In this document: positions 1-10,043 of the stretch, one piece after another
Layout of the letters: each line of letters opens with the position of its first letter
Numbering within the stretch: the first letter of the stretch is position 1
Origin: an uncultured Methanosarcinales archaeon
GTDB taxonomy: Archaea; Nanobdellota; Nanobdellia; Woesearchaeales; CALCXY01
Assembly: GCA_964385185.1 (NCBI GenBank)
Contig: CAYLOA010000010.1
Span: 1-37,437, forward strand
DNA length: 37,437 bases
Reading direction: 5' to 3'
Translations under genes and position numbers: made by a program
The notes under the pieces: model-generated
Seen by the model: the letters and a program-made list of their open reading frames with translations, nothing else
Told to the model about the DNA's origin: nothing
The model's database searches: none

Positions 1-156
1 ATGATTGATGATATAGATGACTCTCTTGATGATTTACCAGACGTTGCAATAACTTGTAGCGGTTCCTGCACAGGATATACTGATACATGTGTAAGTCTAA
101 ATGGTATATGTCAATGTTTGTCTCAATCTGGAAGATTTACAGGACATGCTTGCTAA
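1..156 (+). CDS. 3' end of a Cys-rich protein, probably extracellular (partial)
   Basis: Frame 1 is open from the window edge to TAA at 154-156: ...ITCSGSCTGYTDTCVSLNGICQCLSQSGRFTGHAC*. Confidence 0.6.
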   Translation: MIDDIDDSLDDLPDVAITCSGSCTGYTDTCVSLNGICQCLSQSGRFTGHAC

Positions 157-215
157 CCAATATTTTCTAAAATATAAATCCTTAAATACCCTCACCTTGT
201 ATTTTATACTTTGAC

Positions 216-1283
216 ATGTCACAAGAAATTAAACTTGTTCTTCAAGATGGGAGTATATTCTACGGTAAGTCATTTGGTGCTAAGAAATCAATAGCAGGAG
301 AAGTGGTATTCACAACAGGAATGACTGGATATCCAGAATCTATGACTGATCCTAGTTACAAAGGCCAAATTATGTGCCTCACCTACTCCATGATTGGAAA
401 TTATGGTGTTCCGAGTGATGAAATGAAAGATGGTATGCACACGTTCTTTGAGTCTGACAAAATCCAAGTGCAAGGATTGATTATCGACGATTATTCTGAT
501 GAATATCACCATTGGAATGCTGTGACAAGTCTTTCTGGATGGATGGAAAAACATGACGTACCTGGGATTTATGGCATTGATACTCGAGCATTAACTAAAA
601 AATTACGAGAGAAAGGAACCATGCTTGGGAAGATTATCTATGAAGATGATGTTGAGTACTATGATCCAGACAAAGATCACCTTGTAGAGCAAGTAAGTGT
701 CAAAGAACCTGTCATGTATGGTGGTGGAGAGAAGAAGATTGCTTTACTCGATTGTGGAGTTAAGAATAACATCATCAGAAGTTTTGTAGAAAGGGGGGTA
801 AGCGTTGTTCGAGTTCCTTGGAATTATGATATTTTTAATAATGGGATTTCGTTTGACGGAGTTTTTGTGTCAAACGGTCCGGGAGATCCTAAAATGTGCG
901 AAGCAACTATTGCAACGTTACGTAAAGCCATCGAAAAAGGGATTCCCACCTTTGGTATTTGTTTAGGGAATCAATTATTGGCATTAGCTGCTGGTGCAGA
1001 TACTTACAAATTAAAATATGGTCACAGAAGTCAGAACCAGCCATGTAAAGAAATAGGAACTCATCGTTGTTTTATTACCTCCCAAAATCATGGATTTGCA
1101 GTTAAAGATGATACTTTACCTGAAGATTGGGAGACTTGGTTTACTAATATCAACGATGATACTAATGAAGGGATAAAACATAAGGATAAACCTTTCTTTT
1201 CCTGCCAGTTCCATCCGGAGGCTACTCCTGGACCTGTGGATACTGCGCATTTATTTGATAAGTTTATAGAGCTGTTAAAATGA
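216..1283 (+). CDS. carA: Carbamoyl-phosphate synthase small (glutaminase) subunit
   Basis: GEVVFTTGMTGY..SMTDPSY, SNGPGDP, FGICLGNQ (catalytic Cys), YGHRSQNQP, QFHPEA. Confidence 0.98.
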   Translation: MSQEIKLVLQDGSIFYGKSFGAKKSIAGEVVFTTGMTGYPESMTDPSYKGQIMCLTYSMIGNYGVPSDEMKDGMHTFFESDKIQVQGLIIDDYSDEYHHWNAVTSLSGWMEKHDVPGIYGIDTRALTKKLREKGTMLGKIIYEDDVEYYDPDKDHLVEQVSVKEPVMYGGGEKKIALLDCGVKNNIIRSFVERGVSVVRVPWNYDIFNNGISFDGVFVSNGPGDPKMCEATIATLRKAIEKGIPTFGICLGNQLLALAAGADTYKLKYGHRSQNQPCKEIGTHRCFITSQNHGFAVKDDTLPEDWETWFTNINDDTNEGIKHKDKPFFSCQFHPEATPGPVDTAHLFDKFIELLK

Positions 1284-4200
1284 AGATAACAAAACCAAAA
1301 AAAATAATCATCCTTGGATCTGGTGCTTTAAAGATAGGTGAAGCGGGAGAGTTTGATTATAGTGGTAGTCAGGCAATCAAAGCGATGAAAGAAGAGGGTA
1401 TTGAGACTATATTAGTTAATCCCAACATAGCAACCATTCAAACTTCTAAAGAATTAGCTGATAAAGTGTATTTTCTACCTGTAACTGCAAAATTTGTTGA
1501 ACGAGTTATAAAAAAGGAACAACCAGATGGAATATTGTTAGCATTTGGTGGTCAGACAGCGTTAAATTGTGGTGTTGAACTATTTACTAACGGCATTCTA
1601 GAAGATTATAACATCAAAGTGTTAGGAACTCCTGTTGAGTCTATTATCAATACAGAAGATCGAGAATTATTTGTAAAAAAACTTGAAGAAATTAATCTGA
1701 AAAGTCCAAAAAGTATTCCGGTAACCTCTACAGAAGCTGCAGTTAAAGCTGCAACTGAAATTAAATATCCTGTCATGATACGAGCAGCCTATGCATTAGG
1801 TGGGATGGGTTCTGGAGTCTGCTATGAAGAAGATCAACTCAAAGATATGGCTGCAAAAGCTTTTACTAACAGTCCACAAATTTTAGTAGAGGAATATTTG
1901 GGAGGTTGGAAAGAAGTAGAGTATGAAGTGATGAGAGATTGTCATGATAACTGTATCACGGTCTGTAACATGGAGAACTTTGACCCTCTTGGGATTCATA
2001 CTGGGGAGAGTATTGTGGTTGCCCCTAGCCAGACATTGACTAATGCTGAATATCATAAACTAAGAGAAATTAGTATCAATGTAATTAAACATATTGGAGT
2101 TGTGGGAGAGTGTAACATTCAATTTGCACTCGATCCTAAATCTGAAGATTATAGAATTATTGAAGTAAATGCACGATTGAGTAGAAGTTCTGCATTGGCC
2201 AGTAAAGCCACAGGATATCCTCTAGCTTTTATTGCAGCTAAATTGGCTCTAGGCTATGGATTATACGAATTAGAAAATCAGATAACTAAAAAAACAAAGG
2301 CGTGTTTTGAGCCTGCGTTAGATTATTGTGTAGTGAAGATTCCACGATGGGATTTACAGAAATTTACCAACGTTTCTGTTGAGATCGGAACTCAGATGAA
2401 ATCTGTAGGAGAGGTTATGGCCATTGGCCGTAAGTTTGAAGAGGCCTTACAAAAAGCTGTTCGTATGTTGGAGATTGGCTATCAAGGTATCACAGGAACT
2501 GGAATTGAATTTAAGAATGTCTTAGAAAGTGTCCGTAATCCCACCGATAAACGATTATATGCCCTAGCTGAAGCCTTAAAACAAAATATTTCTGTGGATA
2601 ATTTGTATGATACCTGTAGAGTGGACAAATGGTTCCTCTATAAGTTGAAGCATATTGTTGATATGGAAAAAGCATTTGGAGTGTATGATATTAAGACGAT
2701 GACTAAGGGATTATTGTTAGATGCCAAGAAAATAGGATTTTCTGATAAACAAATTGGTGGATTGTTGGGTGGAGATGAATTAGATGTTCGAAAATTACGA
2801 AAGCAATACGATGTTACCCCTAAAATTAATCAGATTGATACGTTAGCTGCAGAATTTCCTGCCATGACTAATTATTTGTATCTAACTTACAATTCTATCG
2901 AAGATGATGTGCAAGGAAATGCTTCGAATAGTATTTTGGTATTAGGTTCTGGTGCTTATAGAATTGGAAGTTCTGTTGAATTTGATTGGTGTTGTGTGAA
3001 TGCTGTAATGACTGCTAAAGCACAAGGTCATTCTGTCACCATGGTGAATTATAATCCTGAAACGGTGAGTACGGATTATGATATTTGTGATAAATTGTAT
3101 TTTGAAGAGCTCAGTTTTGAAGTGGTTGCTGATATTTACGAAAAAGAACATCCTAAAGGGTTAATTATCAGTATGGGTGGTCAGATTCCTAATAATATTG
3201 TGATGCAGTGTCATGAGTATGGTATTTCTATATTGGGGACAGATCCTAACAGTATTGATAATGCGGAAGATAGACATCAATTTTCTGCCATGTTGGATGA
3301 ATTGAAGATCGATCAGCCTGAATGGAAGGAGTTACGGACGTTGAAAGAGGCTGAACAGTTTGCAGAAAAGGTAGGGTATCCCGTTTTGATACGACCGTCT
3401 TATGTGTTATCGGGAGCAGCTATGAAAGTAGTCTTTGATAAAGAAGACTTGGATGTCTTTTTGCAAAAAGCAACTGATGTCAGTCCAGAACGACCGGTTG
3501 TGGTGAGTAAGTTTATTTTAAATGCTAAAGAAATTGAAGTGGATGCTGTAGCTCAAGATGGTGAATTGCTCATCTATGCTATATCTGAACACGTGGAGAA
3601 TGCAGGAGTGCATTCTGGCGATGCAACTATGATTTTTCCTTCTCAGAATGTCTATATTGAGACTATTCGAAGGATTGTTCGAGTTGCTAAGCAGATTGCA
3701 AAGAAATTGCAAATTACGGGACCGTTTAATATCCAATTTTTAGCAAAGGATAACGATATTAAAGTTATTGAATGTAATCTGCGTGCTTCTCGTAGTTTTC
3801 CATTCGTTTCGAAGGTAAGTGGATATAATTTTATTGAAATTGCTACAAAATCTATCTTAGGGATTAGCAATGAGCGCCAAGATTACCTTATGCTCATGAT
3901 TGACCATGTAGGAGTTAAGAGTCCTCAATTTTCATTTCAACGATTACAAGGTGCAGATCCCCTTACTTCAGTAGAGATGGCTAGCACAGGTGAGGTAGCT
4001 TGTATTGGACGTGATATTCATGAAGCTTTTTTGAAATCTTTGCTTTCTGTGGGATATGTATTACCTCAAAAGAAGAAAGTTCTTGTCAGCATTAGTGGAG
4101 ATCGGTTCAGATTCCGATTTCTAGAAAGTATGCAACAGATGAAAGATGATGGATTTACCATCTATTGCACAGAAGGAAGTGCTGCTTTCTATAATGCGAG

Positions 4201-4483
4201 AGGGATAGATGCAAAAGTATTACATAAAGTTTCAGAAGTAGGGACACATCCAAATATCGAAGATTATTTGAAGGAAGGAAAATTAGATTTAGTTATTAAT
4301 ATCCCTGATGATGAGAAGAAGAATGTTTCAAGAGATGGGTATGTAATACGGCGTATGACAGTTGACTTTGCCATTCCACTGTTTACTAATTTACAATTGG
4401 CCAAATTATTTATTGACTCTATCTGCAAATTAAATGAAGAGAGCTTAGAAGTCCTTGATTGGGACTCTTATGTTGAGACTTAA
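1280..4483 (+). CDS. carB: Carbamoyl-phosphate synthase large subunit
   Basis: GEFDYSGSQA, two ATP-grasp halves (IEVNARLSRSS / IECNLRASRS), C-terminal MGS-like domain; ATGA overlap with carA. Confidence 0.98.
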   Translation: MKITKPKKIIILGSGALKIGEAGEFDYSGSQAIKAMKEEGIETILVNPNIATIQTSKELADKVYFLPVTAKFVERVIKKEQPDGILLAFGGQTALNCGVELFTNGILEDYNIKVLGTPVESIINTEDRELFVKKLEEINLKSPKSIPVTSTEAAVKAATEIKYPVMIRAAYALGGMGSGVCYEEDQLKDMAAKAFTNSPQILVEEYLGGWKEVEYEVMRDCHDNCITVCNMENFDPLGIHTGESIVVAPSQTLTNAEYHKLREISINVIKHIGVVGECNIQFALDPKSEDYRIIEVNARLSRSSALASKATGYPLAFIAAKLALGYGLYELENQITKKTKACFEPALDYCVVKIPRWDLQKFTNVSVEIGTQMKSVGEVMAIGRKFEEALQKAVRMLEIGYQGITGTGIEFKNVLESVRNPTDKRLYALAEALKQNISVDNLYDTCRVDKWFLYKLKHIVDMEKAFGVYDIKTMTKGLLLDAKKIGFSDKQIGGLLGGDELDVRKLRKQYDVTPKINQIDTLAAEFPAMTNYLYLTYNSIEDDVQGNASNSILVLGSGAYRIGSSVEFDWCCVNAVMTAKAQGHSVTMVNYNPETVSTDYDICDKLYFEELSFEVVADIYEKEHPKGLIISMGGQIPNNIVMQCHEYGISILGTDPNSIDNAEDRHQFSAMLDELKIDQPEWKELRTLKEAEQFAEKVGYPVLIRPSYVLSGAAMKVVFDKEDLDVFLQKATDVSPERPVVVSKFILNAKEIEVDAVAQDGELLIYAISEHVENAGVHSGDATMIFPSQNVYIETIRRIVRVAKQIAKKLQITGPFNIQFLAKDNDIKVIECNLRASRSFPFVSKVSGYNFIEIATKSILGISNERQDYLMLMIDHVGVKSPQFSFQRLQGADPLTSVEMASTGEVACIGRDIHEAFLKSLLSVGYVLPQKKKVLVSISGDRFRFRFLESMQQMKDDGFTIYCTEGSAAFYNARGIDAKVLHKVSEVGTHPNIEDYLKEGKLDLVINIPDDEKKNVSRDGYVIRRMTVDFAIPLFTNLQLAKLFIDSICKLNEESLEVLDWDSYVET

Positions 4484-4593
4484 GCCTCTCCCCAAGATCT
4501 ATTTTTCCAATGCATTCTTCGCTTGAATTTTCTATCAAGCATTGCTAAGTATTCTATTTCTTCATCTCTGAGTTCGTCTATAAAGTTTTTCAT
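4480..4593 (-). CDS. Small 37-aa protein MKNFIDELRDEEIEYLAMLDRKFKRRMHWKNRSWGEA (not in ORF track)
   Basis: SD GAGGTGA 4 nt before ATG, TATA-like GTATATAA further upstream on the minus strand, stop overlaps the carB stop. Confidence 0.6.
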   Translation of the reverse strand: MKNFIDELRDEEIEYLAMLDRKFKRRMHWKNRSWGEA

Positions 4594-4722
4594 AGTATCA
4601 CCTCATTCATTCTTTTGGAAAATTGTTTTATATACTCTATGTTGCATTGTTCTGGATTAGAGTTCTACCCTACTGATGAGTAATCCACAAGTTATATAAA
4701 CGAATAATAGAGAATATACTAT

Positions 4723-5406
4723 ATGATACAGATACGTTTTAGTCCACAATGGTTTTTTGGGTATGATGCAGCAATTGATATTATTTCTATTATTGTAGTA
4801 GGGTTAATTGCTTGGTACGCTTTTAAGATTTTTAAGTTTTCAGATCGTAAAAAAGATAAATACTTTGCATTGAGTTGGTTGAGTATTGCTTTAGCTTTTT
4901 TAGCTAAGATTGCTATGAACTTAGTCATTTATTATCCTAAAGCAAATGAGGTAGCATATGCAGGAGTAAATGTGGTAGTGCAGTATACGGGGCAGTCTCG
5001 AATGTTGTATGTCTTTGGTTTTGCGTTTTATAGGTTTCTGTTTTTAATGGGATTATTGGGTATTTATTATTTAGTTACTAAGGAACAGAACAGATACAAT
5101 ATTTTAATGACTATTTTGCTGGCCATTATGATTATTTTATTTTCTGGTTCGCAATACTTTGTGTTCCATCTATTTGCTGCTATTATTTTAGCAGGAACAG
5201 TGTATAATTATCTTTGGCATTATAGGAAAAATAAGAATGTTGTACGACAGAATGTGGGTTGGGGATTTGCAGGTTTGCTTGCATCTCAGGTGTTGTTTGT
5301 TTTAACAGCAGTTCATGATGTGTTTTATGTTGCAGGACAGGTTGTCCAATTAGTAGGATTTTTGTTTTTATCTTTTACGTTTTATACTATTGTGTTTAAG
5401 AAGTGA
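4723..5406 (+). CDS. Multi-pass (about 7 TM) membrane protein
   Basis: About seven hydrophobic segments; TTATATAA box about 25 nt upstream; overlaps the next gene. Confidence 0.8.
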   Translation: MIQIRFSPQWFFGYDAAIDIISIIVVGLIAWYAFKIFKFSDRKKDKYFALSWLSIALAFLAKIAMNLVIYYPKANEVAYAGVNVVVQYTGQSRMLYVFGFAFYRFLFLMGLLGIYYLVTKEQNRYNILMTILLAIMIILFSGSQYFVFHLFAAIILAGTVYNYLWHYRKNKNVVRQNVGWGFAGLLASQVLFVLTAVHDVFYVAGQVVQLVGFLFLSFTFYTIVFKK

Positions 5407-5687
5407 TTTATATGGCTGGAAGAAGAACCAAAATGGACATCATCAACGACATGCTTGGTTCTATCCAGGATAAAGGAGGTAAGATTAAGCCTACTCACTT
5501 AATGTATAAAGCAAATTTGTCTCATAAATTACTGAATGGGTATTTGGATGAATTGGTAAATAAAGAGATGATTGGAAAAATAGAAGGGAAAGCTGGCAAT
5601 CAATATATTATTATTAAAGATAAGGGACATGAATTCTTAGCACATTTTAGAAAGATGAGAGAGTTTCAAGATACGTTTGGACTTTAG
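5403..5687 (+). CDS. Archaeal winged helix-turn-helix transcription regulator (HTH_45-like); start may be ATG 5412
   Basis: RRTKMDIINDML...KPTHLMYKANLS...YIIIKDKGHEFL pattern. Confidence 0.85.
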   Translation: MIYMAGRRTKMDIINDMLGSIQDKGGKIKPTHLMYKANLSHKLLNGYLDELVNKEMIGKIEGKAGNQYIIIKDKGHEFLAHFRKMREFQDTFGL

Positions 5688-5875
5688 AGCTGTGATTTTA
5701 TATAGTCGACAAATTCATTATTTCTAAATAGGTTGGATATTTTAATTGTGATGTAATGGAATTCGGATATTTTCAGTCCATTATTGTAAATATTTCTATT
5801 ATCTCCGGATATCTTTACAATAATTCTTAGAAGGACATTTTAATGAGTAAATCACCTAGATAAAGAGGTGATATT

Positions 5876-6094
5876 ATGTCAAAAAGTTTAAATACGTTGC
5901 AACTACAAAGTCCTTTAATGAAAGATTTTGAGAAGAAGGTTATCAAGAAATTAGAAGGTATTGAGAAATCTCTTGATAGTATTCAGGAGCATATTGATGA
6001 TACCACTCTTTCGGAGGAAGATGAAAGGCTTCTTAGAGAAACACAAAAGCTCAGAAAAGAGGGAAAATTGATCCCTATGGAAGACGTGTTCTAA
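5876..6094 (+). CDS. Putative antitoxin of a type II TA pair
   Basis: Small protein ending LSEEDERLL...KEGKLIPMEDVF, SD GAGGTGA, directly upstream of a RelE-like gene. Confidence 0.7.
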   Translation: MSKSLNTLQLQSPLMKDFEKKVIKKLEGIEKSLDSIQEHIDDTTLSEEDERLLRETQKLRKEGKLIPMEDVF

Positions 6095-6095
6095 A

Positions 6096-6350
6096 ATGAG
6101 ATTAACACTACATCCAAAAGTAGCGAGAGCTATGCAACGGATAGATAGGGAAACGAAGCAGAGGATGGAAAGGAAATTCTCATCCATTAAGTCAAATCCT
6201 TTTGGTCAGAAACGATTAGAACTAGGAGAGGACATAGTGTATTGTGCTCGTGTGGGTAATTTTAGGATTCTATATGAAATTGCTATAGCTGACGAGGAAA
6301 TTTCAATCTTTAGAATTGACAAACGTTCAAGAGTGTATAAGAATTTATAG
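6096..6350 (+). CDS. relE: RelE/ParE family toxin
   Basis: Basic 84 aa with NPF, ARVGNFRILYEI, IDKRSRVYK. Confidence 0.85.
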   Translation: MRLTLHPKVARAMQRIDRETKQRMERKFSSIKSNPFGQKRLELGEDIVYCARVGNFRILYEIAIADEEISIFRIDKRSRVYKNL

Positions 6351-6773
6351 CTTATCCTTATACAATTCTAAAAAGTTAGGAAACTGAGAATGTAATGGGG
6401 TTGGTAGGTTGTTTAATGTGAACCATTGTAAGTCGTCGAATTTGTGAGGTTCCATATTCTTTGCTTGTGCTTTGTTTACTTTTACTCTATGATCTAGAGC
6501 TATCCAATGTGTTTTTTTACCTTCATGTTCTCTATGGACATCTCTAATACCTAGAAATTCATGTTCTAGAACGTCACAGCCATATTCTTCTTTGATTTCT
6601 TTTTTTAGGGTGTCTAGTACTGTTTCACCATGTTCAATTCCTCCCGCTCCATAATCCCAATGACCATGTTCATCTCTACAGTTTTTAGATCTTTTTGCTA
6701 GGAGCACATTACCTTCACCATCATGACAGAAGAATACGACACAAATACCTGTGAAGTCATAACCGGGTTGCAT
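6345..6773 (-). CDS. NUDIX hydrolase (start moved to ATG 6773, MQPGYDFTG)
   Basis: Nudix box GGIEHGETVLDTLKKEIKEEYG; TATA box about 25 nt upstream of 6773. Confidence 0.9.
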   Translation of the reverse strand: MQPGYDFTGICVVFFCHDGEGNVLLAKRSKNCRDEHGHWDYGAGGIEHGETVLDTLKKEIKEEYGCDVLEHEFLGIRDVHREHEGKKTHWIALDHRVKVNKAQAKNMEPHKFDDLQWFTLNNLPTPLHSQFPNFLELYKDKL

Positions 6774-6889
6774 ATAAATTTGAAAGTGTGGATGTTTATA
6801 TGTTTTGTTAATCTCTAAATTCATTTGGAGAGGCTGGGGAAAGATAGGCAGACAATACTTATATAAATGCAAAAATAATACCTCTCTTG

Positions 6890-8248
6890 ATGAATTCACA
6901 TCCAAAAGTAAAAAATTCTCATTTGGCAACTTTGGAAGAACCTGTATGGACTGATTCTGAATATGAAGATAACTTACGTCGTGTATTTACTGACGGGATA
7001 GATTCTTACATACGTGATTGGAATAAATATAGGCAGGACCTTGAATTATACCATCCAAGAATTCAGGAACAGCATAAGCCACACTTAATTCCTGTAGAAT
7101 TATTAAAAGGTTTACGAAATCTATGGCTTAGAAGTATGAGAATCAAAAATTTAATAACCCATAGAGAATTAATTGACATATTACCTGATGACGCTGAAAG
7201 TCGTTTTTATCCTAATTGTTATTTTGAAAATGTTTTTGTGGAATATGCTGTGATACCTAGCATACCAAAAATAAAAGAAAAAATTAATCAACATTTCGCA
7301 GGAAATCCTTCCCAAGTTCGAGAAGGATTGGGGTTTGCAGATTTTTTGTATAAAGCAATTATACCAAGAAATTATGACGGAGTAGATCAACATAAGCTTG
7401 AAAATATATTTACTGGACTTAATGAAGATATATTATTTTTACCAGGTCAAAAATATGAAACATGTTGTGGAGGGAGAGGAGGTAGAAAATGTACCTTTTG
7501 TGGCATTCCTTCCTGTTTTATAGAAGATAGCAATGAAATTTTTCCTTCAACCCGACTCACAAATCTGGATCTATCCAAAATAAACGATGATATGGGGGAA
7601 TATTATGGGATTTCAATTTTAGGAGGACTGAAATCAGGTGATTGGGTAGAGGCATTAGATTTTATGAGAATGCTGGAATGGGGAAATGTAAAATGGAGTT
7701 CACAGTCAAGGTCATATCCTTATGGTTTCATTAAGGAAGATCAGATGTCGGAGTTATCTGCTCATTTCGTAGGAAAATCTGGGACAGGAATAACCTACTT
7801 TAGAAATGAAATAGATATATCACAATATGTTCACCCACTCAAAGAAATTATAGCTCCAGAGGACATACAAGAAAATCCAGATAGATTTAAGTACATTCTT
7901 AGGGATACACATCCAGATCCTAAGTATAAGGCACTCTTTCATATAACTCAAGAAGAAAATAATTTATCAATTTATCAAAACCAAACAATGGACATGGATG
8001 AAGAACAAGGAATACATGCCATAGAGGAAAGAGTTAATTTGATTATTGATCACTATCCATTTTTTCGAAAAGATTTCGGTATGTTATTTATTGATGATAC
8101 TCCCATTGCCAGCTATTGTATTGAAGGAAAGGATGAACAAGCAACACAAAGAGAGCAAGAAAATAGTGGATGGGGACTTCAGACAATTACCAGTCAAGAT
8201 ACTGTTGAGAAAGGACCTTATACATTTGTATTTACTATTCAAAATTAA
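6890..8248 (+). CDS. Hypothetical protein with a Cys cluster CCGGRGGRKCTFC
   Basis: About 452-aa ORF with TTATATAA box about 25 nt upstream; no recognisable family. Confidence 0.75.
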   Translation: MNSHPKVKNSHLATLEEPVWTDSEYEDNLRRVFTDGIDSYIRDWNKYRQDLELYHPRIQEQHKPHLIPVELLKGLRNLWLRSMRIKNLITHRELIDILPDDAESRFYPNCYFENVFVEYAVIPSIPKIKEKINQHFAGNPSQVREGLGFADFLYKAIIPRNYDGVDQHKLENIFTGLNEDILFLPGQKYETCCGGRGGRKCTFCGIPSCFIEDSNEIFPSTRLTNLDLSKINDDMGEYYGISILGGLKSGDWVEALDFMRMLEWGNVKWSSQSRSYPYGFIKEDQMSELSAHFVGKSGTGITYFRNEIDISQYVHPLKEIIAPEDIQENPDRFKYILRDTHPDPKYKALFHITQEENNLSIYQNQTMDMDEEQGIHAIEERVNLIIDHYPFFRKDFGMLFIDDTPIASYCIEGKDEQATQREQENSGWGLQTITSQDTVEKGPYTFVFTIQN

Positions 8249-8300
8249 TTAACAATATAATACCAAAACCTTTATATTACTCGTAAGCAGATTGTCTTTT

Positions 8301-9986
8301 ATGGATTTTAAAGAAGCGATTATTAAAGAATTGAAGAAGCATGTTAAATTAAAGGAGATTCCACTAGAAGTTCCTCCGGATCAGGCTATGGGAGATTTTA
8401 GTTTTCCTTGTTTTGTTTTGGCAAAAGAGTGGAAAAAATCTCCAAATGATATTGCAGAAGAATTAGAAGGTATGTTAAAGATTCCAGATGGAATTCGAGA
8501 GATTGAAGCCAAAGGACCCTATCTTAATTTCTTTGTAAAAAAAGATGAGTTGTCAAAAGACGTTCTTAAGGAAGTTTTAACAAAGAAAGAAAAGTTTGGA
8601 GAAGGTAAGAAGAATCATAAACACTATTTGTTAGAATTCTTCCACGGAAATACTCACAAAGGTGTGCATATTGGCCATATTAGAAATATGTGTCTTGGAA
8701 GTGCATTAGCAAATGTGATGGAGACTGCTGGATATGATATTAAACGGATTAATTATCAGGGAGATATTGGGCCTCACGTTGTAAAGTGTTTGTGGGGGCT
8801 GAAGCATACCAAAAAGAGACCTCCAAGCAAAGATCGAATGCTTTGGTTAGGTGAAATCTACATTGCCGCCAATAAAAAAATTAAAGATAGTAAGAAATTG
8901 CAGGCTGAGATTAAAGAGATGACTACTAAGTTGTATGCTGGAGATAAAGAACTTAATAAGAAATGGAAAGAAACAAGAAAATGGTGTCTCGATGAATATG
9001 AAGATTTTTACAAAGACTTTGGAGTGAAGTTTGACAAATTTTATTTTGAATCAACAGCAGAAAAAGCAGGTGTTAAACTAGCACATGATCTTGTTAAAAA
9101 GAAAATTGCAAAAGAGGATGATGGGGCTATAATTATTGATTTCAAAGATGAAGTATTAGGTGTTTTTGTTCTCGTTACTAAAGAAGGATATGCATTGTAT
9201 TCTGCAAAAGATCTTGGACTTGCTATGCAAAAGATCAAAGACTTCAAAAAAATTGATAAAAGTGTTCACGTTGTTGGAAAAGAACAAGAACTACACTTTA
9301 AACAACTGTTCAAAACATTTGAATTGATGAAAATTGATAAAAAGATTCCATCTCATCATATGATCTATGAATTAGTGATGTTGCCTGAGGGTAAGATGAG
9401 TTCTCGAGATGGAAATGTAGTATTGTATCCTGAGTTACGAGATAAATTGTATGAAGCTGCAAAAGAAGAAGTTACAAAAAGACACAAAGATTGGAGTGCT
9501 AAGCGAATTGATGAGAGTGCTACCAATATTGCTTTTGCAGGATTAAAGTTTGGGATGGTTGCACGAGAAAATCAAAGAGTCATGGTGTTTGATTGGGAGA
9601 AAGCATTAGATTTTGAGGGTGATACCGGACCGTATATTCAATATGCTCACGCTCGGATTTGTAGTATACTTAGAAAATGGGGGAAACCTGTCAAAAAGGA
9701 TATTGATTACAGTTTACTTGAAGAAGAGGAAGAAGTTGCTTTGATTAAATTAATGGAAGACTATCCTAACGTTGTTGCTAAAGCTGCAGATGATATGCGT
9801 GTGCATACATTAGCCCATCATCTATTGGCAATGGCTCGTAAATTGAATGAATTCTATCATGTAAGGCAAATTATCAAAGAAGATGAAGGTTTTAGAGATG
9901 CTAGGCTGGTTTTGATTTCAGCTGTTAAACAAGTTCTAGAGAATGGGTTAGAATTATTAGGTATTAATGCTCCTGAGGAAATGTGA
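8301..9986 (+). CDS. argS: Arginine--tRNA ligase
   Basis: HIGH motif (GVHIGH), KMSSRDG, GDTGPYIQYAHARICSILRK, C-terminal anticodon-binding domain ending PEEM. Confidence 0.97.
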   Translation: MDFKEAIIKELKKHVKLKEIPLEVPPDQAMGDFSFPCFVLAKEWKKSPNDIAEELEGMLKIPDGIREIEAKGPYLNFFVKKDELSKDVLKEVLTKKEKFGEGKKNHKHYLLEFFHGNTHKGVHIGHIRNMCLGSALANVMETAGYDIKRINYQGDIGPHVVKCLWGLKHTKKRPPSKDRMLWLGEIYIAANKKIKDSKKLQAEIKEMTTKLYAGDKELNKKWKETRKWCLDEYEDFYKDFGVKFDKFYFESTAEKAGVKLAHDLVKKKIAKEDDGAIIIDFKDEVLGVFVLVTKEGYALYSAKDLGLAMQKIKDFKKIDKSVHVVGKEQELHFKQLFKTFELMKIDKKIPSHHMIYELVMLPEGKMSSRDGNVVLYPELRDKLYEAAKEEVTKRHKDWSAKRIDESATNIAFAGLKFGMVARENQRVMVFDWEKALDFEGDTGPYIQYAHARICSILRKWGKPVKKDIDYSLLEEEEEVALIKLMEDYPNVVAKAADDMRVHTLAHHLLAMARKLNEFYHVRQIIKEDEGFRDARLVLISAVKQVLENGLELLGINAPEEM

Positions 9987-10043
9987 GTTCTATTTTTACA
10001 TTAAACAAAAACATTTATAAAGGACCTCGGGCTTCTCAAATAT

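Noticed and set aside
5761..5792. Possible dif/Xer site (TTATTGTAAAT resembles a XerD arm)
   Set aside because: No matching left arm at 6-bp spacing.
6774..6929. N-terminal extension of the NUDIX ORF in the track
   Set aside because: Overlaps the divergent gene and its promoter; TATA position supports ATG 6773.
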